DNA from: Casimicrobiaceae bacterium
Lineage (GTDB): Bacteria > Pseudomonadota > Gammaproteobacteria > Burkholderiales > Casimicrobiaceae
Direction of reading: 5' to 3'
NCBI GenBank assembly: GCA_035939595.1
Contig: DASZFQ010000119.1
Location: 705 to 64,704, forward strand
DNA length: 64,000 nucleotides
Position numbers and translations under genes: made by a program. The notes beneath the pieces are model-generated. The model worked only from the letters and a program-made list of their open reading frames with translations. It did not search any database and was not told the DNA's origin. Each line of letters starts with the position of its first letter. The stretch's first letter is position 1. This document shows positions 58,571 through 64,000 of the stretch, one piece after another.

Positions 58571-61500
58571 TTAGCCCTCGGCCGGACGCGTGGCGAGTGT
58601 CCCCGCGGCTGCGCGTTGCTCGTGATGATCCGCCGCCAACAGCATGTACACCGCCGGCACAACGAACAGGGTGAACAGCGTGCCGATCGACAGGCCGGTG
58701 AAGATCACCAGGCCCATCGCATGGCGACCCGCCGCGCCCGCGCCAGCGGCGATCACGAGCGGCACGACACCGAGCACCATTGCAAAAGTAGTCATCAGTA
58801 TCGGCCGCAGCCGGACTGCCGCGGCTTCCTCGATGGCCTCGCGCTTCGCCTTCCCGGCGCGCTGCAAGTCGTTGGCGAACTGTACGATCAGGATGCCGTG
58901 TTTGCTGACGAGCCCCATCAACGTGACCAGTCCCACCTGCGTATAGATATTGAGCGTTGCCGCGCCCAGATTGATGAATATCAGCGCTCCGAACAACGCC
59001 ATGGGCACCGACACCAGGATCACGATCGGATCGCGGAAGCTCTCGTATTGGGCCGAGAGCGTCAGAAAGACGATGACGATGGCGAATAGCAGCGTCACGA
59101 CAAACCCGCCCGACTCCTGGACAAACTGCCGCGACGGGCCCGAATAGTCGACCTGGTAACCGGACGGGGCCAGCTGAGAAATCGTCTGGCGCATGAAATC
59201 CAGTACCTGTTTTTCCGACACCGTAGGCGCGAAGACACCGAAGATCGTGGCGGAGTTCAATTGCTGAAAATGGTTGATACCCTCCGGAATCGTTTGCGTT
59301 TTCTGCTTCGTCACCGTCGATACCGGCAGCAAAGAGCCGTCGGGCGCACGCATGTAGTAGTCGAGCACCTGCGAGGCGTTAAGCCGGTCCACCTGCAGGA
59401 CTTGCGGAATGACCTTGTACGAGCGTCCGGCAATCGAGAAATAATTGACGTACCCTCCACCCAACGCCGCGCTCAGGGCGGAACCGAGGTCCTGCTGCGT
59501 CAGACCGATGGTCGCCAGCATGTCGCGATCGACGGAGACGATCGTCTGCGGCTTGTCGAACTTCAAGTCGGTGTCGACGTAGAAAAACATCCCGCTTGCG
59601 CGCGCTTTATCAAGCACCGCCTGCGCCACGTCATTCAGTCGCTCGAACGGTTCGGTGGTCTTGATCACGATCTGCATCGGTAGACCGCTCGAGCCCGGCA
59701 GTGGAGGGAACTGGAATGCGGCGACAGTCGTTCCGGCGATTGTGCTCCACTTCTGCTGCAGTTCCTGCTGCAGGGCGAGCGCCCCGCGCTTGCGTTCATT
59801 CCAGGGCGTGAACAACACACCGCCGAATGCCTGATTGGTCGTGGGGGTGCCGGTGATCTGGAAGATCTGATCGTATTCCGGCAGCGTGCGCGAGAGATCG
59901 AATATCTGCTTCGAATACTCGTTCATCTGCTGCGGCGTGGCGTTCGGAGGACCGATGGCTTGATAGAGCACGACGCCCTGGTCTTCCGGCGGAGCGAGCT
60001 CCGCCTTCGAGGTCATGAAGAAATAAATCGTTCCGCCAAGCAAGATCAGACCCATGACAACGATCACGACCCAGGTATCGAGCAAGCTATGGAGCAGGCG
60101 TTGGTAACCGCGATGCAGACGCCCGAATTGGCCGTCGATGAAGTGGACGAAGCGGCCCGACTCCTGTTCCGAACGGAAGAAGCGCGAGGTCATCATGGGG
60201 GACAGGGTCAACGCCACGATACCCGACACGGTGACGGCGCCGACGAGCGTGAAGGCGAACTCGGTGAACAACGCCCCGGTGAGTCCGCCCTGGAAGCCGA
60301 TCGGAATGTATACGGCGACCAGCACGATGGTCATGGCGATGATCGGGCCGCCGAGCTCGCGGGCTGCCAACAGCGAGGCTTCCAGCGGTGGCTTGCCCTC
60401 CTCCTTCATGTGGCGGTCGACGTTCTCCACCACGATGATGGCGTCGTCGACGACCAGGCCGATCGCCAACACGAGCGCGAGCAGCGTCAGCAGGTTGATC
60501 GAGTACCCGAGCACCAGCATGAAAAAGAACGCGCCGATGAGGGACAGTGGCATCGCGATCAGCGGAATGACGACCGCGCGGAAGCTCCCGAGGAACAGAA
60601 AGATCACCACGCTGACGATCACCAACGCCATGATCAGCGTCTTTTCGACCTCGTCGATAGAGCTGGTGATGAACTTCGTCGAGTCGTAGACGATCTCGCC
60701 GGTGATCCCGCTGGGCATCTGGGACTGGATGTCCGGGAAGACTGCGCGCACGCGCTTGGCCACTTCGAGGACGTTGGCATCAGGCGCTGCCTTGATGCCG
60801 ATGAACACCGAAGCCCGTCCGCCGAAGGCGGTGGTTAAATTGTAGTCCTCGGCGCCGAGCGTGACAGTGGCGACGTCGCCAAGGCGAACGATAGCGCCGT
60901 CCTTCTGCAGGATCACGAGTTGCTTGAACTCATCCACGGAGTGGAGGTCGGTGCTTGCCGTCAGGTCGACACTCACCATCTGCCCCTTGGTCGTTCCCAG
61001 TGCGGCAAGGTAGTTGTTGTTGGCGAGCGAGGTGCGCACGTCGCTGGCGGTCACGCCGTACGCAGCCAGCCGCTGTGGGTCGAGCCACGCGCGCAGCGCG
61101 AACTGGCGCGCGCCGATCATTTCCGCGGTTTGAACGCCCTCGATCGAATCGAGCTTCGGTTTGACTACGCGTACCAGGTAGTCCGTTACGTTGTTGTTCG
61201 GCAGGATGTCGCTGAAAAACCCCATGTACATGGCGTCGATGGTCTGGCCAACCTGCACGGTCAATACCGGCTGCTGCGCTTCCGGCGGCAGCTGGTTGCG
61301 TACCGAGCTGACCTGGGTGTTGATCTCGGTGAGCGCGCGATTCGCATCGTAGTTAAGCCGCAGCGTGGCGGTGATGATCGATGCACCGGTGGCGCTCGTC
61401 GACGACATGTAATCGATGCCCTGCGCCTGTGCGATGGCACTTTCGAGCGGTTGCGTGATGAAGCCGGCGACTGTCTGCGCATCGGCACCGTAATACGCCG

Positions 61501-61645
61501 TGGAGATGGTGACGACCGCGTTCTGGGTTTTGGGGTATTGGCGCACCGAAAGGCTGGCCAGCGAGCGTGCACCCAGCACCAGGATGAGCAGGCTAAGCGT
61601 GGTCGCGAGGACCGGCTTGCGTATGAAGATGTCGGTAAAGTTCAT
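58571..61645 (-). CDS. RND multidrug efflux permease (HAE1, AcrB/MdtB-like)
   Basis: 1024 aa; N-terminus MNFTDIFIRKPVLATTLSLLILVLG and a 12-TM AcrB-type layout. Confidence 0.95.
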   Translation of the reverse strand: MNFTDIFIRKPVLATTLSLLILVLGARSLASLSVRQYPKTQNAVVTISTAYYGADAQTVAGFITQPLESAIAQAQGIDYMSSTSATGASIITATLRLNYDANRALTEINTQVSSVRNQLPPEAQQPVLTVQVGQTIDAMYMGFFSDILPNNNVTDYLVRVVKPKLDSIEGVQTAEMIGARQFALRAWLDPQRLAAYGVTASDVRTSLANNNYLAALGTTKGQMVSVDLTASTDLHSVDEFKQLVILQKDGAIVRLGDVATVTLGAEDYNLTTAFGGRASVFIGIKAAPDANVLEVAKRVRAVFPDIQSQMPSGITGEIVYDSTKFITSSIDEVEKTLIMALVIVSVVIFLFLGSFRAVVIPLIAMPLSLIGAFFFMLVLGYSINLLTLLALVLAIGLVVDDAIIVVENVDRHMKEEGKPPLEASLLAARELGGPIIAMTIVLVAVYIPIGFQGGLTGALFTEFAFTLVGAVTVSGIVALTLSPMMTSRFFRSEQESGRFVHFIDGQFGRLHRGYQRLLHSLLDTWVVIVVMGLILLGGTIYFFMTSKAELAPPEDQGVVLYQAIGPPNATPQQMNEYSKQIFDLSRTLPEYDQIFQITGTPTTNQAFGGVLFTPWNERKRGALALQQELQQKWSTIAGTTVAAFQFPPLPGSSGLPMQIVIKTTEPFERLNDVAQAVLDKARASGMFFYVDTDLKFDKPQTIVSVDRDMLATIGLTQQDLGSALSAALGGGYVNYFSIAGRSYKVIPQVLQVDRLNASQVLDYYMRAPDGSLLPVSTVTKQKTQTIPEGINHFQQLNSATIFGVFAPTVSEKQVLDFMRQTISQLAPSGYQVDYSGPSRQFVQESGGFVVTLLFAIVIVFLTLSAQYESFRDPIVILVSVPMALFGALIFINLGAATLNIYTQVGLVTLMGLVSKHGILIVQFANDLQRAGKAKREAIEEAAAVRLRPILMTTFAMVLGVVPLVIAAGAGAAGRHAMGLVIFTGLSIGTLFTLFVVPAVYMLLAADHHEQRAAAGTLATRPAEG

Positions 61646-61655
61646 CGCCAGGCTT

Positions 61656-62801
61656 TCACTTTTCCTGCGGGGTCGGGTTGGGATTGTTCAGCGGCTGAAT
61701 CGAATTGTTGATGATGAGCGGTGTGCCGTTCTTGAGCTTGACGCCCCCGCTCGTCACGACTTCGGTTCCCGCCTCGAGGCCGGTGAGGATCGCCACCTGG
61801 TCGCCGCGGGTGGGTCCGGTGGTGACGAATACCTGCTGCGCAACCAGCGTTGGTTTCGCCTTTTCGTCCTTCTTCTCGTCTTTGCCCTCGGATCGCTTGA
61901 CGATGAAAACGGTGTCGCCATAGGGGTTGTAGGTTATTGCTGTTTGCGGCAGGGTTAGGTACCGATGTTCCCCGCCGGAGTTGAGTTTCACGGCCGCGAA
62001 CATGCCGGGAAGCAGCAGGCGCTTGGCGTTGGGCACCGTCGCTTCAATCTCGACGTTGCGCGTGCTGGTATCGACCTTGGGGTTGATCGCATTGACTTTG
62101 CCGATGAACGTCGTGCCAGGATAGGCATCGGCCGTAACCGTGACCTCCTGTCCCATGGCGACCTGCGGCAGCTGCTGCTGCGGAAAGTAGAAGTCCACAT
62201 AGATCGGATCGATGGTCTGCAGGGTCACCAGCTTGTCGCCCGGGTTCAGGTACTGGCCCGGATTAACCGTGCTGATACCGAGCTTGCCGGCGAAAGGAGC
62301 GCGTATGGTTTTCTTGTCGAGCGTCGCTACCTGTTGCGCGACCTGCGCGCGTTTGCTCTTGAGGTCCGCGGCATCGTTGTCGAGCTGCGCCTGGCTAAGC
62401 ACTTCCGCTGCAACTTGTGCTTTGTCGCGCTCGTACACGGTCGCCGCCAGTTCCGCCGCTGCCTCCAGGGAGTGCAACTGCGCCAAGTCCGAATCCGCGT
62501 TGAGCTGGGTGAGCACCTGGCCGGATTTGACCTCGTCCCCGGACTTGAAGTCGACGCTGCGCACGAGCCCGGCGATCTCGGTGGTGACATCGACGCCGCG
62601 CACCGCACGCAGCGTGCCGACCGCGGTAAGCTGCGGCTGCCATTGTTGGTAGTCAGCCTTGCTGGTGCTGACCGTCGCCGGCGGCACCGGGCTACTGGCC
62701 ATGAATCGCTGAATCATGACGCCCTTGAAGATGTTGAACCCAACCACGCCACCGATCAGCAGCCCTACGACGATGAGCATGATCGTCATGCGCTTTTTCA
62801 T
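61656..62801 (-). CDS. RND efflux periplasmic adaptor (membrane fusion protein)
   Basis: N-terminal anchor MKKRMTIMLIVVGLLIGG, then coiled-coil and beta-barrel MFP pattern. ATG 62801 chosen. Confidence 0.9.
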   Translation of the reverse strand: MKKRMTIMLIVVGLLIGGVVGFNIFKGVMIQRFMASSPVPPATVSTSKADYQQWQPQLTAVGTLRAVRGVDVTTEIAGLVRSVDFKSGDEVKSGQVLTQLNADSDLAQLHSLEAAAELAATVYERDKAQVAAEVLSQAQLDNDAADLKSKRAQVAQQVATLDKKTIRAPFAGKLGISTVNPGQYLNPGDKLVTLQTIDPIYVDFYFPQQQLPQVAMGQEVTVTADAYPGTTFIGKVNAINPKVDTSTRNVEIEATVPNAKRLLLPGMFAAVKLNSGGEHRYLTLPQTAITYNPYGDTVFIVKRSEGKDEKKDEKAKPTLVAQQVFVTTGPTRGDQVAILTGLEAGTEVVTSGGVKLKNGTPLIINNSIQPLNNPNPTPQEK

Positions 62802-62853
62802 TGCTTCTCCGTTCGATTGATTACCCAGCGTGGCCCGCGACCGGCGAGCGCGA

Positions 62854-64000
62854 CTAGTCTTTCTTGCCTTCCACTGGCGCGGCGGCCTCGTCCTCGCGCC
62901 GCCACCAGCCGCCACCGAGAGCTTGGAACAAGGCCGCCGTATCGGCGTAGCGGGTTCCCTGAGCGGCCGAGAGCGAAAGCCGCGCCAGCTGGTATTGCTG
63001 CTGGGCGATCAACAGCGTCAGCGAACTGGCCCCGCCAAGCTGATACTGGCGTTGCGTGAGATTGAGGGTTTCTCGCGCCGACATTTCCGCGTCGGACTCC
63101 GCGCTCAGCGTTCGCGCGTCGGTTTCGAGCGCGCGTAACGAATCGGCGACATTCTGAAACGCTACCAGCACCGTCTGACGGTATTGCGCCTGGGCCTGGT
63201 CGTAGGCCGCGATTGCCGCGCGCCGATTGGCTTCGAGCTCCCCGCCGTTGAATAGCGGCTGCGCCAATGAAGCCGCGAGGCTCCATATCGGTGGCCCGAA
63301 AAAGCTGCCCGTGGTCGTCGCCTCCCAGCCGAAAGCTCCCGACAGGCTCACCTTGGGATAAAGATCGGCCGTCGCGACCCCAATCTGAGCGCTGGCCTGA
63401 TGCAGCAGGGCTTCGGAGGCACGGATGTCCGGACGCTGCCGGGCAAGGCGCGAGGGAAGGCTGAGAGGGATCTCCTGCGGCAACGTCAAATGGTCGAGAT
63501 CGAACTCCGGCAGGGCTGCTTCGCTCGGCAGACGCCCGCAGAGCACCGCGAGCTGATGGCGTGCTTGCGCGAGGTTGCGTTGCAGCGGTGGGAGCGTGGC
63601 CCGCGTCTGATCGAGCTGCGTGCGCAAGATCAGCACGCTCAGACGGGCGACGCCGCCGAGCTCAAATTGACGTTGCACGAGATCGAGCTGCTTTTGCTCC
63701 GCCGCGATGATCTCCTGCGTGGAAGCGATTTCAGCGCGCAGCGTGGCCTCGTTCACCGCCGTCGTGACAATGTTCGAAGTGAGGGTTAGGTAGGCGCCCT
63801 CGAGCTGGTAGGACTGATAGTCGACGAGCGACTGCAATGCCTCGAGCTCGCGTCGATTGCCTCCGAACAGGTCAAGCAAGTAGGAGACGTTGACAGAAGC
63901 ATTGTAGAGATTGAAGAGGCTGGTGCCGGCACCAGGGGCGCCGAAAGACGCGCTGCTGAACCTCTCCCGGGTGGCTCCGGCATTCAGGTTGGCCTGGGGA
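62854..64000 (-). CDS. Outer-membrane efflux factor, NodT/OprM family (5' end outside window)
   Basis: The frame stays open from 63879 to the window edge (…NLYNASVNVSYLLDLFGGNRRELEAL…); C-terminus …WWRREDE typical of the OMF family. Confidence 0.9.
   Translation of the reverse strand, partial: PQANLNAGATRERFSSASFGAPGAGTSLFNLYNASVNVSYLLDLFGGNRRELEALQSLVDYQSYQLEGAYLTLTSNIVTTAVNEATLRAEIASTQEIIAAEQKQLDLVQRQFELGGVARLSVLILRTQLDQTRATLPPLQRNLAQARHQLAVLCGRLPSEAALPEFDLDHLTLPQEIPLSLPSRLARQRPDIRASEALLHQASAQIGVATADLYPKVSLSGAFGWEATTTGSFFGPPIWSLAASLAQPLFNGGELEANRRAAIAAYDQAQAQYRQTVLVAFQNVADSLRALETDARTLSAESDAEMSARETLNLTQRQYQLGGASSLTLLIAQQQYQLARLSLSAAQGTRYADTAALFQALGGGWWRREDEAAAPVEGKKD

Overview
High-GC chromosomal segment with about 60 protein-coding genes. 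I saw no rRNA, tRNA, CRISPR array, transposase or integrase. Gene content and synteny (birA-coaX-SPOR operon, split metH, LigD/Ku, AdrA-like cyclase, KgtP, YadGH, YajD) suggest a soil or freshwater betaproteobacterium, but that is inference only. Most of the window is housekeeping or metabolic: HppD, BirA, CoaX, MetH, DAHP synthase, thiolase, a peptide ABC importer, an OPT transporter and an RND efflux operon that runs off the 3' edge. Three c-di-GMP enzymes are also present. The best candidate for an undescribed system is the divergon at 17.7-22.6 kb. It pairs an FHA-fused class III nucleotide cyclase with an operon encoding a secreted FecR-like protein, an output-less heme-c (CXXCH) DUF3365-HAMP membrane sensor, a soluble Hanks Ser/Thr kinase with a duplicated unknown C-terminal module, and a translationally coupled PNPOx-like protein. 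Secondary leads are an HTH-TPR gene whose start overlaps the ku stop in the ligD-ku locus, an orphan ClpX-like AAA+ ATPase with no zinc-binding domain and an altered pore loop, a DUF1028 (Ntn-fold) gene heading a peptide ABC operon, and a TetR promoter/operator that appears to give a leaderless transcript. All calls come from reading the translations and the DNA by eye. No database search was run.
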